A stretch of DNA of 56,498 bases, the filler included, from Piptocephalis cylindrospora (taxonomy: Eukaryota), in NCBI GenBank assembly GCA_003614145.1. It is 2 parts of 2 records of this genome, joined end to end, with 100 filler letters (N's around TTAATTAATTAA, not from the genome) between each part and the next. Parts side by side here need not be neighbours in the genome. Positions count along the whole stretch, not along the records: positions 1 to 28,211 come from KZ987762.1; positions 28,312 to 56,498 come from KZ987763.1. One strand, given 5' to 3'. The first letter of the stretch is position 1. Each line of letters starts with the position of its first letter. Position numbers and translations under genes: made by a program. This document shows, one piece after another, positions 21,853 through 34,033 of this stretch. The notes under the pieces were generated by a model. The model was given only the letters and a program-made list of their open reading frames with translations, was not told where the DNA came from and made no database searches.

Positions 21853-24800
21853 ATGGATTCGACATATTCACCATCCCATCCTCACAGGACGCACCAGAAG
21901 AAGAGGATACGAAAGGACCCTGAGCAAGGATCTTCACAGGACTGGTCCTCCGCAGTCAAGTCCATCCACCGCTGGGCCATCCATACCATGGGCTACACAG
22001 GTCCTGGATTGGCCATGGGTTCGGCTCATCCCCTATCCTTTTCAGAATTAGATGGGTAAGAGAAGGCTTTGGAATAGTATTGAGCCCATCCTTACAACCT
22101 TCCTCCCCTTTTCTGTGAGTAGTGTCAAGGACCCCACGCTTCAACAAGGATTGATCCGGCTCTCCCAGTGCGTTCGTCCAGAAAGGTAAGTGAATTAAAA
22201 GGGCCTAGCAGATGACTTTAATAACATTTCATCCTACATCCACCACTGAGATAGAAAAATCAATGCCTGTCGAAGGGCCCTGTATAGGTAGGACATGATT
22301 TGGCTTCTCTTACCCCCAATCACTAACACCTTTAATTCTCCCAGGGCCACGGTCAATGGACTGATCGACCAGGACACCCTCAAAGAATGCCCTGTCGGCA
22401 AGGCTTTAGAGCACAGAAGGGTTTATGAAATGCATCAACAGGTTGAAGCGGCAAGGAGAGCCTGGGAAGATCGTCTAGGTCACTCTCAAAGCGCTTTGCA
22501 AAAGGCCCGTACGTATCTATGTTGTCTCCGATCACTGTTTTTCGCACTCATCGTCTAGTATGGTATTTTCTTCATATAGAAGCCCAGAAGAATAGGGTAT
22601 TGCACCGAGTCAGGGAAAAGAGTGTATATGCCGTCAAGGATAGGTCTAGGGCAAGGAAGTTGGACGCATTGACCCGAGGTCTCCATGTCCTGCTTTCCCA
22701 TTATCACGAAGGGCCGTTGAAAGAGATAGGGAGAAGCGAAAGGAATACTACAAAGAGCCAAGGGCCGGATAGGTGAGTAGTAGGCCTGGAGAGGAGACGT
22801 AAATGCAGAGAACAGCTCATTCACCCACTCCTCCTACATAGCAGCCGCTCTCAACAAGCTGCTATGGTAAGAGGGTGAAAAGGTGCATTTTACCTGGATG
22901 CGCCTATCGCACGCTCATTTCATTCTCTGTGATGCATAGTGGAAGATCCGAGGCTGGCTTCGACAGCTAACTCAAGGCTCATCTGGGTAAGTACTGGACC
23001 TTTTCTTGAATATTTTAGTGCGGTATGGAAGAGAGACATTTTTAATAATGTTCGCCCATTCCTCTAGGAGAAAGGTTATGGATGATTCTGCACAGGATAA
23101 CATCAATGGCATGGACCAAGAAACTCTTGAGGTAAAGATGAGCTATGTATAGCCTGCTCCCCTTCTCTCCTTTCTCTAATCACATCACTTTCCGGAGCGT
23201 ATAGGAAGCCTTAATAAGTTTGGGGCTTTGTCCTCTCCTCGCTGATCTGGGTAGATCCATGAAGCGTACGGTTCTGAATTTACAAGGTATGAATAAGGAT
23301 CTTCTTTCCCCCACGCCATTAATCCATTCTTCCAGGTAAGTCGGAGGGGTTCAGCATGCCTTGGCATCTCTACCGGGTTTAAAGGGCCATTTTACCCCTC
23401 TAGAGATGCCCAAGAAACAGAAGGAGGTCTTGAGAGACTTATCCAGGTAGGTGGCCCCTCCACGCCTCCAGACATGTGTGCCTGACCTTTTAATTTCTTT
23501 TATTTCCGTGGACTAGGGAGCCGAAAGAGACATGTATCGTCAAGTCCTTTATACCATCGATTCCCAATCCACCCTTTTGGCCGAAAATGAGGAGGCCCAG
23601 AGTCTCCTGGAGCGAGAGAAAGAGGTTACAAAGTCTAAAGAAACAAATGAGGATCAACGAAGAAGGCAAGTTACTCTTTTATTTCCATCTTGTCTCACAG
23701 ATGTATAAACCGTCTCTTCTTGTTCTCTTTGTTGGTGAATAGGCGGTATCGTGAACTGCTAGCAGAGAAGGAGGCTGAAGAAGCGCTCTTGGCCCACCTC
23801 TCCTGTCAAGAAGGGAAATTGCAGGAGGAGTCTACCGGCATAGATCAGTTGGAGAGCCAATTGACCATGACCATGGATTACTTGGTAGGGAGGAAAAGTA
23901 TAGGATATGATCTGGATCCATAATTGACACCTTTTTTTCCAATACGACACAGAGGAAGAGTAAATCCAGGATAAGATGTATGAATAGCCAAGTCAAGGAC
24001 ATATGGGGGGATTTACGGTCCATCATGGCGCAGGTAAGCATGGGTAAGAGGCCGTGTAATATGAAGGTATCCTATCTCATCACCTTCCATGATAAAATAG
24101 ACGGATAAAAAGAAAAAAGACGAAGCCATCCCCTTGGCAAGGTGGATTGGGCAAAAGGGCGCTTGGGATAAGGAGGGTGGGATGAGCGAATTGGAGGAAA
24201 CGTGTATGAGCCTTTCATTTGCCTCGACCAGCGCCTCTCCTCTTCTCCATCGAACAAGTCTATCGGTCGAGGATGCACCAAAGGGTGGGGATAGCATCCA
24301 GTTGAATCGAATTGGACATGGGATGAAGGGATCACAGACCCTGGCCCAAGGTTTTCCCGGTATAGGAGGATCAGAGGGTCAGAGCCAATTTATCCAGAGT
24401 AAGTGGGACCAGATCGATTATTTTGGTACATGCTTCGCTCATTTTATGTTCCGTATGGATCAGAGCATCAAAGAAAGGTGCTACAGGCCTGCGTAGATCG
24501 AGTGACCAAGGATATGGACACATCCTACCCATGCTCCTTCCGTAAGCTGCCTCGTATCTCTAAAGGGAAATGGGGTTTTAGGAGACTCATTTTATCTCGC
24601 CCCCTTTTCCATGGGCAACATTTTTTAATGATAGAGAATGAAGTCGAGCTCCTTGGAAGCAGAGGTACGTAAATCAAAGATACCCCCTAAAGATCGGACT
24701 AGCCCCTCATCCTTCCTTATGTTTAGAAGTTAAAAAGGCCGATGATATGGATCATCAGCTGAAGCGGATCTTGGATCGAGCTGATGAAGCCAGGACTCTT

Positions 24801-24978
24801 ATTCAGGATGCTCAGAAACTTTTACAGCATCGGTAAGATCAGTTTTTGCGTATTTGACCGTGATGAATAATCATCCTGGGGAATGGCCACTAGCCCTTGA
24901 CAACTCACGATAGCCTACATCTCCCCGTCCCATGGTAGAGATGACCTATTTGGCAAGCATGGAGGGAGAGCTCCTTGA
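21853..24978 (+). CDS. Intron-rich (about 17 introns) coiled-coil protein of roughly 600-650 aa, candidate augmin subunit HAUS5
   Basis: A chain of short exons with canonical splice sites; frame was checked by hand for the first and last exons. The spliced N-terminus IHRWAIHTMGY...LIRLSQCVRPERKINACRRALY resembles the HAUS5 N-terminus. Gene existence is well supported; the identity is tentative. Confidence 0.55.
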
Positions 24979-25956
24979 ATAGCAAGGCGGTTTTTTATAT
25001 ATAAACATACGCGATCAAACCATTCAAATTGCATGATGTGTTTCTTATTGCTGCTTCTCCACCCTCTCTAGAAACCATCTCCTTCCTATCCATCCTCATT
25101 TGCCCTCTGGTCCTCTTTTAAAACCTAGTACCGAGACTTGAAAGCCCCAGTGTACTCCATGTACCGGATACTGTTGGTGGCAAACTCTTTAGGCGCCACA
25201 ATATCCGCCTGCTGTTTCCTCTCCAGGCCTGTCAACCGCTTATCCCTCTGCATCATAAGTCTATCCCACGTATCGACATTGTAGCGAGGATTCTATGGCG
25301 TAGTAAGAGAAGGATGAGATGGTGGCCAAGCACATTATATCTACCTAGGACCCCTCAGCAGCACATACCAGACCGTCATTCCGGGACTTCTTGGACAGGT
25401 TAAGCAGGACACCAGTAACGCCCATCAGGCCGGTGATAATCCCGAGGGGAAGGAGTGCTTCAAAAGGGACAGGCATGGCGTTGGTGTCAGAGTAAAAAAA
25501 AGGGGGGGGGAGGAAAGATGGTCAAAACAAAGGTAGGTAGGCAGGTAGGTAGGCAGGTAGGCAGGTAAGAGTAGGCGGAGTGGGTGACCTTGTCTCCCTC
25601 CTCCCCAAGAGAAAGTGGGAGTAAGCAAAGTATCAGAGATTTCCTGGCTGGCTACTGCTGGGGAGAGGTCAGCTGGAGAAACCCAGTGACTTTCGGCTTC
25701 CCCTCCCACTCAAACCGTGCATTCAATAAAAAAGGTACAAAATTCATCTATTGTAAGCTGACTTTCAGCAACAAGCTGTCCCTACCTCACAAATTGCTTA
25801 TACATGACGCGTGCTGCTACTACTGCTGCTATAGTATTGTCCTGATCCTACTTAGAGACAACATATGCCCTATAAAATCCCAGTCCAGCATGTTCATGGT
25901 TTCACCGATCGTCTCAAACCCTTCCATTATTCCTTTCTCCTCCCTTCTCCGCTGGA

Positions 25957-27047
25957 ATGAGCAACAAGCCTACAAGTAGTGCTGGAAAGGATTGGGAAGT
26001 TCAATCAGTCCTATCGGCTATGGAGGATCAAACCCTTCATTCCTTGGACGCATTACTGTAAGCTCCTATTCACTTGTACACTTCCACGTCATCGCTCATC
26101 AATCACAATAGCGCTCCCACAGAATGGACGGTATACTCGGAGGAGGAGGAGGAGGAGGAGGAGGAGGCTAGGATGTGCCCCGTCGATCCTCCTCCTTCCA
26201 AGACCCATTCCTTGACTCAACTTCGACGTGCAGGCAGAGGAGCCTCGAGAGGTAGAGGAAGAAAGAGGAAATCAAAATGTGCTCTAGCACCCGTATGGAC
26301 ACTGGCAGAACGACGTGCTCTCTATCGCCTTCAATCCTTAGGTATAAATCCAGTGTTGATTCATTCATTGAACCATGTTCAACCGCCGTTCCACACTGAT
26401 ATTATCCCCTCATCACTTGACTTAATAGGTGGGATGAGGGAGGGAAAGGACATGGCTGCTCTAGCTTCCTGGATGTTCCCTCAACGAAGCTCTCATGACC
26501 TGGCCCAGCAACTCTCCCATCCAGATTACCTATTGTACGTTTTCATTCCCCGAGCGCACTTGTGGGTAGGCGGCGGAGGCTTCTTGATGGAAACTTTACT
26601 TACTCAAAATGGGATAGGGTAAAGCGTGGAATGGACGGATCTGATCAGCGAGATCCTCTGGATACCCTCAGTATCACGGGAACAGGCAGCGAATCCAGAA
26701 AAAGAGAGCGGGGAAAGGAGGGAGAAGATGCAAAGGCGAACGAGATACGAAGGCTCCAAAAAGCGCGTATTCTGGATATGGCCCTAGGCCTTGGTCCTAC
26801 TTCCGCCACTGTAGGCTTCATTCAAGACACCGAGAATACTTGGATGAAGGATAGAGGTACACCTGGATCATCTTCCTCCCTAAATGCTTTAGGGGAGCAG
26901 CGTGCGCCCTTGGATACGGTACATGCCCCATCCAACCATCTCCCATCATCCATAGACTCCTCGTCTACCGCACCAGTGCGCTCTAGCCAAGGTCCAACCT
27001 CTCTTCAAGAACGCCAATCTACTTTGGATGCCTTTCTTGGTTTATAA
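25957..27047 (+). CDS. Hypothetical protein with poly-Glu, basic NLS-like stretch and Myb/SANT-like segment; introns about 26058-26111, 26342-26428, 26535-26617
   Basis: Exons splice in frame: MSNKPTSS...LDALL|APTEWTVYSEEEE; WTLAERRALYRL...LASWMFPQRS. TATAAAA at 25871. Confidence 0.55.
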
Positions 27048-27160
27048 TAACTGCTCTTTCCCCCATCTCTTTTTCCCTTCTGTACCCAAATAGTCGTCCC
27101 CACCCACACCAATATATAATATTGCATAGTCTATTCAATGGAAACATACATGTATGCTAT

Positions 27161-28051
27161 TTATTTCATTGACCTAATGGATGATTTCCAGCCCTTGGCC
27201 CGCTCAAAGCCATTAGTCTTGAGCTGGTAATCCCACATGGTCCGTTGGATCTCCTCCTCGGTGTTCATGACAAAGGGTCCATGCTGGACAATCGGCTCGT
27301 TGATGGGTTCACCGGCGACTACAACGTAGTGGCACATCTCCTCTCCCTCTGGTACCTCGACCCTTACCCCAGTCACCCCATCCTCGTTCTTCGGGTCCGA
27401 GAGGACCAAGGTGGTGTGGGCGGGACTACGGGTCCCACCAAATTTGGCTGTGCCAGTAAGGACATAGATGAACCCACGATATGAAGATGGAATCTCGTGG
27501 AAAAGGGAGGTTCCTGGCTTGATCTGAGCATCCAGGTACATGATGGGGGTACGAGTACTGACAGGGCTGGATGTGCCAAAGCTCTCTCCGGCAATGACCT
27601 TGACCGTACCTCCGCCCCCGGGGACCTGAACCCGGGGGACATCGGCATCCCTAAGTTCTTGGTAGGCGGGCTCGCACATTTTATCCTTGGCAGGCAAGTT
27701 GACCCAGAGCTGCAGACCCCGGCTACGCACCCCAGGCTTAGGCATCTCCCCATGGACAATGCCTCGGCCTGCAGTCATCCACTGTAGGTCCCCAGGGCCT
27801 AGACGGCCCTTGTGGCCGGCAAAGTCCTCGTGGTAGCTTTCGCCCTCAAGGACATAGGTCACGGTCTCGAAACCTCGGTGAGGATGATCAGGGAAGCCGC
27901 CCTTACCACCAATATCAAATTCATCCAGCATAAGGAATGGGTCACACGACCTTAGCTCGGGCCGGCCAATGGATCGACGGACCCGAGCACCCACGCCCTC
28001 GTCCTGCTCGACCGACAGGACAGATTGAACGACAGTACGGGAGGTGCTCAT
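27161..28051 (-). CDS. PIR: Pirin (bicupin, iron-binding); optional upstream in-frame ATG at 28144
   Basis: EGVGARVRRSIG, DPFLMLDEF, GFPDHPHRGFETVTY, QWMTAGRGIVHGE, LQLWVNLP and HGPFVMNT. Confidence 0.96.
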   Translation of the reverse strand: MSTSRTVVQSVLSVEQDEGVGARVRRSIGRPELRSCDPFLMLDEFDIGGKGGFPDHPHRGFETVTYVLEGESYHEDFAGHKGRLGPGDLQWMTAGRGIVHGEMPKPGVRSRGLQLWVNLPAKDKMCEPAYQELRDADVPRVQVPGGGGTVKVIAGESFGTSSPVSTRTPIMYLDAQIKPGTSLFHEIPSSYRGFIYVLTGTAKFGGTRSPAHTTLVLSDPKNEDGVTGVRVEVPEGEEMCHYVVVAGEPINEPIVQHGPFVMNTEEEIQRTMWDYQLKTNGFERAKGWKSSIRSMK

Positions 28052-28211
28052 GGTAGAGTAGAAATGAAAGGGGATGCGGGGTAGAGCAGTGAGAGCAAGA
28101 GTGCTGAAACGGATAAAAGAGTGAGTATGGGGCCTTAAGAGCATGTGCGTACGAGAAGGCGGCAAAGTGAGTTATGAGGATATGGAATAAGGAAGGAAGA
28201 ACTTGAGGTAG

Positions 28212-28311
28212 NNNNNNNNNNNNNNNNNNNNNNNNNNNNNNNNNNNNNNNNNNNNTTAATTAATTAANNNNNNNNNNNNNNNNNNNNNNNNNNNNNNNNN
28301 NNNNNNNNNNN
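28212..28311. other. Artificial assembly spacer N44-TTAATTAATTAA-N44
   Basis: Exactly 100 nt, symmetric, with a central 12-mer that gives stop codons in all six frames. Confidence 0.93.
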
Positions 28312-28870
28312 CATAGGAAAAAGGGGAAATTGTAATTTTCCCAATACATTTCGCTGTTTACTACTACTACTACTTAAACCTGAGGAGCCCTCGCCCTCCC
28401 ACCAAATGCCATAATGCCTCAAATCTCTGAGATGGCAGAGGTGGCTGCAAGCTGGCCAGATAAGAAGGAAATCCAAGCCCCGATAGAATTGGCTGTATCT
28501 CATCCTAATAGGCCAAGGCAACTAGGTCCCACGAAGATGTCCCCGCTAGCACTGCGGCGGATATGAGCTTGGAGAGGCGACTATGGAGGATATGTATACC
28601 TTGAGAAATGGGATCTTGACTTGGAGTACAAGCCTGCTTACCATCACCAGTGACATCCCACTCCCTCTTCCCTTCTATATCCCTTGCCCCTCCTCTGTCG
28701 ACCCATCCCTCCTATTGATTGTCCCTTGCCTAATCCCTTTCTCAGTTACCTCGCATAAGGAATTGCTGGCTCAGCCCATCTCCAACCCTTGCCTTCTTCT
28801 CGTAGCATCCGTTTGCTTTTGCCATCCAGTAGCATCTCTTCCGTATCCATATCCTCACTCCCTATTCTGC

Positions 28871-31246
28871 ATGAGTGAGCCGCACGTCCAGGGCATTTTA
28901 CTTGCCGAGTTTGACATTGACAAGGGAGCCTCCCTGACCTACCAGTATCCCAAGCCTACTGGAACAGATGAGCAGTAAGTTGTGCGGGGGAAGCATATAA
29001 ACTCGAGTATACAACCCTAGTCTATTCCACTCACTCTTTCCTCTAGTGTACTTGCTGAACTCATGCTTCCAGATGGGGCCCATCTTCGAGAAGAGGATTG
29101 GACCGTTTTCTTCCTTAATCAACAAGCCCCCTCGCAAGATGCTCCATTGACTCCATTGGGAGAGAAGCCCCCCTTGGTCTATGTCCTCAATCTGGTCCGG
29201 ACAAAGCATGACGCCTCAGCCCGGCGCGGGGCAATGGTCAAGGCCCTGGCCATCTGCACCAAGCATCAGTATCTAGACATCTACAAGGTAGGCTTCCATT
29301 TGGGTCTGAAGAGATCTGGATATCATGCTCTGTCTCATCCTTTCTTTTTTTTTCCCCTCTCCCGTCAGCCAATCCTCCTTCTCGCCCTGGAATCTTATTT
29401 TTCCAAGCCTTCAGAGATTATCCTTGAGGATCTGTACGCTGCCGTCAATGAAATGGACCTCTCCCTCCTCCCAGAATTCACTCCCTTAGAACGTCGGATC
29501 CTACGGGCTTCTTCCTCTGGCGGCATGTTTGAGGAAAAATTTCTTGCCTTGGAGAAGCAAGACGAAAAATTGCTTGACCTTACCTCCAAATCTGATAATC
29601 CCACCAAGAGCCCTGTCCAGCTCGTCGTCCGCAACAAGGATAGACATTTCTTCGAAACCAGCATCTCCTACTCGGGCATTCGTATCCCCATCCGTATCCC
29701 GCTCACCTTAAGCTCTGAGGAAGTTGGAGATGTATGTCAACCCTCTTTCTAAAGCCCCTCAGCCATCCCATTCCTCAGCTCACCCTCCTCCCTCGTCTGC
29801 TCCATCTAGTTTTCCCTTATCAAGCTCTTCTCCACCTTTGGCAACACCCCTGCCAAACCTTTTAGTGGACCCCTTCCCCCTGAACTCATGACTGATGGCC
29901 CGTACACTCATCCCATCATCGTCCTGCTCAATTCCCTTCTTACCCAGAGACGTGTCCTCTTCCTCGGGGCCGGGAGGCCTTCGGGCGAGGTTGCTCAATT
30001 CGTCCTTGCGGCCTGTGCTCTTGGATCCGGTGGTAGCTTGAGAGGCTTCACCGAAAGGGCATTTCCCTACACTAATCTCACCAACATTGATCAGCTCCTC
30101 GAGTTTCCCGGCTTCATTGCCGGCGTCACCAACTCCATCTTCGAAAACCATCCCACCTGGTGGGACATCCTTTGTAACATCAACACTGGCAAGATTATCG
30201 TCAGCAAGGACATCGAGCCCTGTCCCCGGCTCATTGACCCTCCCCCCTCCTCCTCCTCCCCCTCCTCCTCCTTCCACTGCCCCCATTCACCCTAGTGAAA
30301 GCGTCTCTTCTTCAATGAGCGGCACCGTCTCAGCTGTCGCTGCCCCGATGGCCTACAACCGTACTCCCAGTGGCACCAGTATCTACTCCACCGGCCAGGG
30401 CAGGGCCCCGTCCAATCAAGCGCCCATCTCCTCCTCCACAATCATTTCTGAGGAGAGTGGAGGGGGAGGCAGCAAGAAGGATCGGGCCGCCGACTCTGTG
30501 GATACTGACTTTATCCAGGAGATGATGGCCATCATCCAGTCTCATTACGGAGAAAACGCCCTGAGGGCCCGCACTCAAGAGTACATTGCTCGCTTCATCC
30601 AGGTTGTCGCCCTCCATGAGGAAACGTCCTATGGTCACACCGATGTTGGTCTCGCCACCCGCCACACCATCAACGCCGGTGGTCTCCTGGGCAGTGGAGT
30701 TATCTTTGTCGATGATGCCGCCCGAGCCCGTGAACTTCGATCTAATCGCTCCAGGATAGAGGCTTGGCGCGGTACCCTGTCCCATCGATACCGTCAGGAA
30801 GATTTTCACAATTACCTCAAGACCCGCACCATCGAGCACATGGATGTGGAACGTCAGCTCTCCAAGCTACGCATGCTCCGGTCCCTGAGGTCTGATGAAG
30901 TGGAGGCCATGTACGGCGCCTTTCTCCAGCATGTCCACACCGAGGAACAGGTCCTCGAGTTCCTGTCATTCCTTCCCCAGATCCGAGGTGGTCTTAAGCC
31001 CATTGCCACTGGCCTCTTTCATCCCAGTCGGGCCGTCCGCGACTTCACCGTCGAGTTTCTCGAACGTATCAATGCTCACACGGTAAGTAGACTAGAAGAG
31101 AATGTGGATCCCAAGTTGTGTGATCTGTCATCTCCTTATTACTCATCCTTCTCATCCCTTGGTTGGAGTAGACTGGAAAGAGATTTGTTCAGAGTCTCGA
31201 CCGATTCCATCGCTTAGCCTTTGAGCGTTTATGTCAGACTTATTAA
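28871..31246 (+). CDS. AFI1: Afi1/MesA polarity-axis protein (Afi1 docking + SPA domains); introns 28975-29046, 29288-29368, 29732-29809, 31083-31171; apparent +1 frameshift near 30245
   Basis: [77 protein letters not shown] and WWDILCNI. Confidence 0.9.
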
Positions 31247-31631
31247 TTACTCCTTTTCTCTTTCTCTATATCTCTATATATTGATTCATAATCATCATGT
31301 ACAGTAATCGACATGGGTTGTTAGTCAGATGTGAGAGCGTGATTAAAAAGGAGCTAATCTATCATATCAGGACGCGTCATGATACGAAATGCACACATGT
31401 GAACATGACACGTCCAGATCATGCGGTTCTCTCCTACCATCATCACCACACGCGAGATCAAGGATGATAACAGCTTGGCGACGGCTGGAGAGCGGGATCA
31501 CTAGCACAAATATTCCTTCCTTCCAACATCTTAACAACAACAACAACAAAAGTCATTCACGGCATCCCTCTTTATCCTCCCCTCCCCTGGTTCGTCTAAG
31601 GAAATATAAACTCGTCGCCATCCCTCCCAAC

Positions 31632-34033
31632 ATGTCTCTTCCTTCTTGCCCTACTCTTCGTCATCTTATCCTTACCAACTTACAGCTTCTTGGCCTCGAT
31701 ACTCGATCTTGCTCAACAGGACCATACCAGAGCGTATCCCTTGATCCATCATCCTTTCTACAAGATGCTGTTAATGTCAAGACTTTTGAACTTGCCTCTC
31801 ATCACCTTCTGGCCCTACTCGATCCCGACCTGACTAAAAAGGTGAGCCAAAATCTATCCTATACACTGGCCTCTCCTCATCCTATCCAATTCTGTAGACA
31901 TTCTCAGGGGTATTTCCTTGCAGAGATCGACGACAATCCCGGGAATACATCATCCTGGCTTTTCATTGGCTCGAGCATCTAAAGAGGGAAGGGCACTTCC
32001 CCAGGGATCTCGTTCTCCGAAAATCATACCTGGAGGACTGTCGAGGAGAAAGGTTTGAGCGCATCATGTTGGCTTTGACAGAATATACCATGAAGGTCCA
32101 GATGGAACAGATTTATGGTAAGCCCTCATTTGACTAGAAAAGGCATGTCCCATACCTCCATCCTTATCCCATCCTCTCGTAGCTGTTCCCTGTGCATCAA
32201 TTACCGATATGAGCGGCTTAAATACGCAACTTGAGGAAGAGCAACAAAGCTTTCTACAAACCTGTGCCGATCAAGAGGCCATAGAAGAAGGAATCCAGCT
32301 ACAGGTTTCTAGGATGGAAGAGAGACTTGCTGAACTTTCTCATCAGATTCAGGCTTATGAAGATTCCCAGGAAGAATCTATTCCCAATCATGTGGAAAAA
32401 CGGCGTAGAACCCATCAGAAATCGTGTTTACCTGATACTGAGGAAGGAAAAGAGGGTCAAGGAACTTCAGATTCAGTCAAGGAGGAGAAAGAAGATCGAG
32501 AAATGTTGGATACAGTCAAGGATAATGAGGATCTAGAGTTGTCAGAAGCAATTAACAAGGTTCAATCCCTTTGGTGTCAATGCGATCAGCTGTTACACTG
32601 TCACCAAGGCCCCATGAAGCAAATTCAGCATCAGCTAAAGACGATTCAATCCTCCAAGGTATGGTTGCCGCCGGACGCTCCACAAGGTGCCTCTTCCTCA
32701 CCAAAGGAGTATGACCAGGATTATCTGGCGCAGGTTTTGGCAAAGTTCCAGGATGTGCTAAAGGGTCATCTCCCTCTCTTTTCTTCCCATTCGTCTCAAC
32801 AAGTCATGGAGGATCAGGGCACTACCTTAATGGATAGCTCCCCAAGTCATCAGTCTCTGGAGGGGATGTGCACGGAGTTAGAGGACCAGCTCAAAGAGCT
32901 ACTTCAGATGAAGCAGTCTTTACATGACCAAACCACCTTCCTCATGTCCAACGAGGACAATACGAGGCAGGATCGTACTGTTCTCGAGCTTCTTGATCCT
33001 CTTTCCCATCAGGAAAAGACCCATAGTGAAGTGGATCAGCGCATGGACAAGACCCCTTGGTCTCCTTCCTGTTCCCTTCGATCCATTCGATCACGAGGCA
33101 AGTTATTCCATGTACCACGAATATATGGTAGAATAGGATGAATTTCCTTACCCTTACCCCCTCTATCCTTTCTAGATGAGCTACAGATCATGATTCGAGA
33201 GGCATCCCTAGTCCAACATAGGGATAAGACAAGCATTTCCGGTCTCGGTCGTCATTCCAGTGACGAAGGGATCAAAGAGGAAGGGCTTGTAATGGCGCCA
33301 AATCCCTCGACCCCAAAGCCGGGGAATAATAGCTGGGTTCATTTGACAAATATTCCCTTGGGAGAAGGGTGGAGTGATGTAGAATCCAGCCCATTGGTCA
33401 AGGTCCTCGCCGGCCCTCAAGCTACATTGGACCGCGAGGCTCATACCAGGAAAAATGACATGCGTTCCTTACCATCATCTGCATCTTCTCTCTCTGATGA
33501 GAATTCTGCATTAGAAACCGTGGAAAACCAGGATGAAAAGAATCGACTATTTTTATCATCCTCTCCTCACCGATCTTTTGGCAACCTCTCTAGCTGGGAC
33601 GACGGTCTTGTCCATGTCATTGGGACGTCCAGTCGGCTAGATTCGAGTAAGTTACTTTAACCTCTTTTGGACCGAATCAAGAGATTATCACCATTCATCC
33701 CATATCTATCTTCTCTTACTCCAAACTCGTATAGGCAGGGAGAAGGAGTGCATGAATTGGTCAAGGCACGGGTTTTCTTTGAATGAGAAAAATTCTACCC
33801 ATTCTCCCAGTCCTTCCATGCCCCTCGGAATGGAGGATACAATTATTCTTGATCCCAGAGAGATGGATCTCGTGGAGGATCTGCAAGGTATATATGGCTG
33901 TGCTTCTATTGCGATAAAAAAAACTTATCTTTAAACTCATCCCCATCCAACATTCTCTCCAGTCGAGCAAATGCCTAATCAGTCATGGATGGGCAAGGAT
34001 GAGGCATCGATAAACGACTCATTTAGTCTGTAA
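31632..34033 (+). CDS. HAUS6: Augmin subunit HAUS6/Dgt6 (HAUS6_N domain, coiled coil, disordered tail); 5 introns
   Basis: Spliced N-terminus LILTNLQLLGLD...NVKTFELASHHLL..LDP...FPCRDRRQSREY..AFHWLEHLKREG...VLRKSYLEDCRGERFERIMLAL matches the fungal HAUS6_N pattern. Confidence 0.85.

Noticed and set aside
25530..25570. (AGGT/AGGC)n repeats, also (TC)n at 4310 and (GAG)n at 26138
   Set aside because: Ordinary microsatellites without spacers; not CRISPR or telomeric arrays.
31372..31377. ACGCGT sites as a window-wide MCB regulon (81, 25807, 31372, 34180, 44544)
   Set aside because: The count is no higher than chance for a hexamer in 56 kb; kept only as a weak note for two genes.
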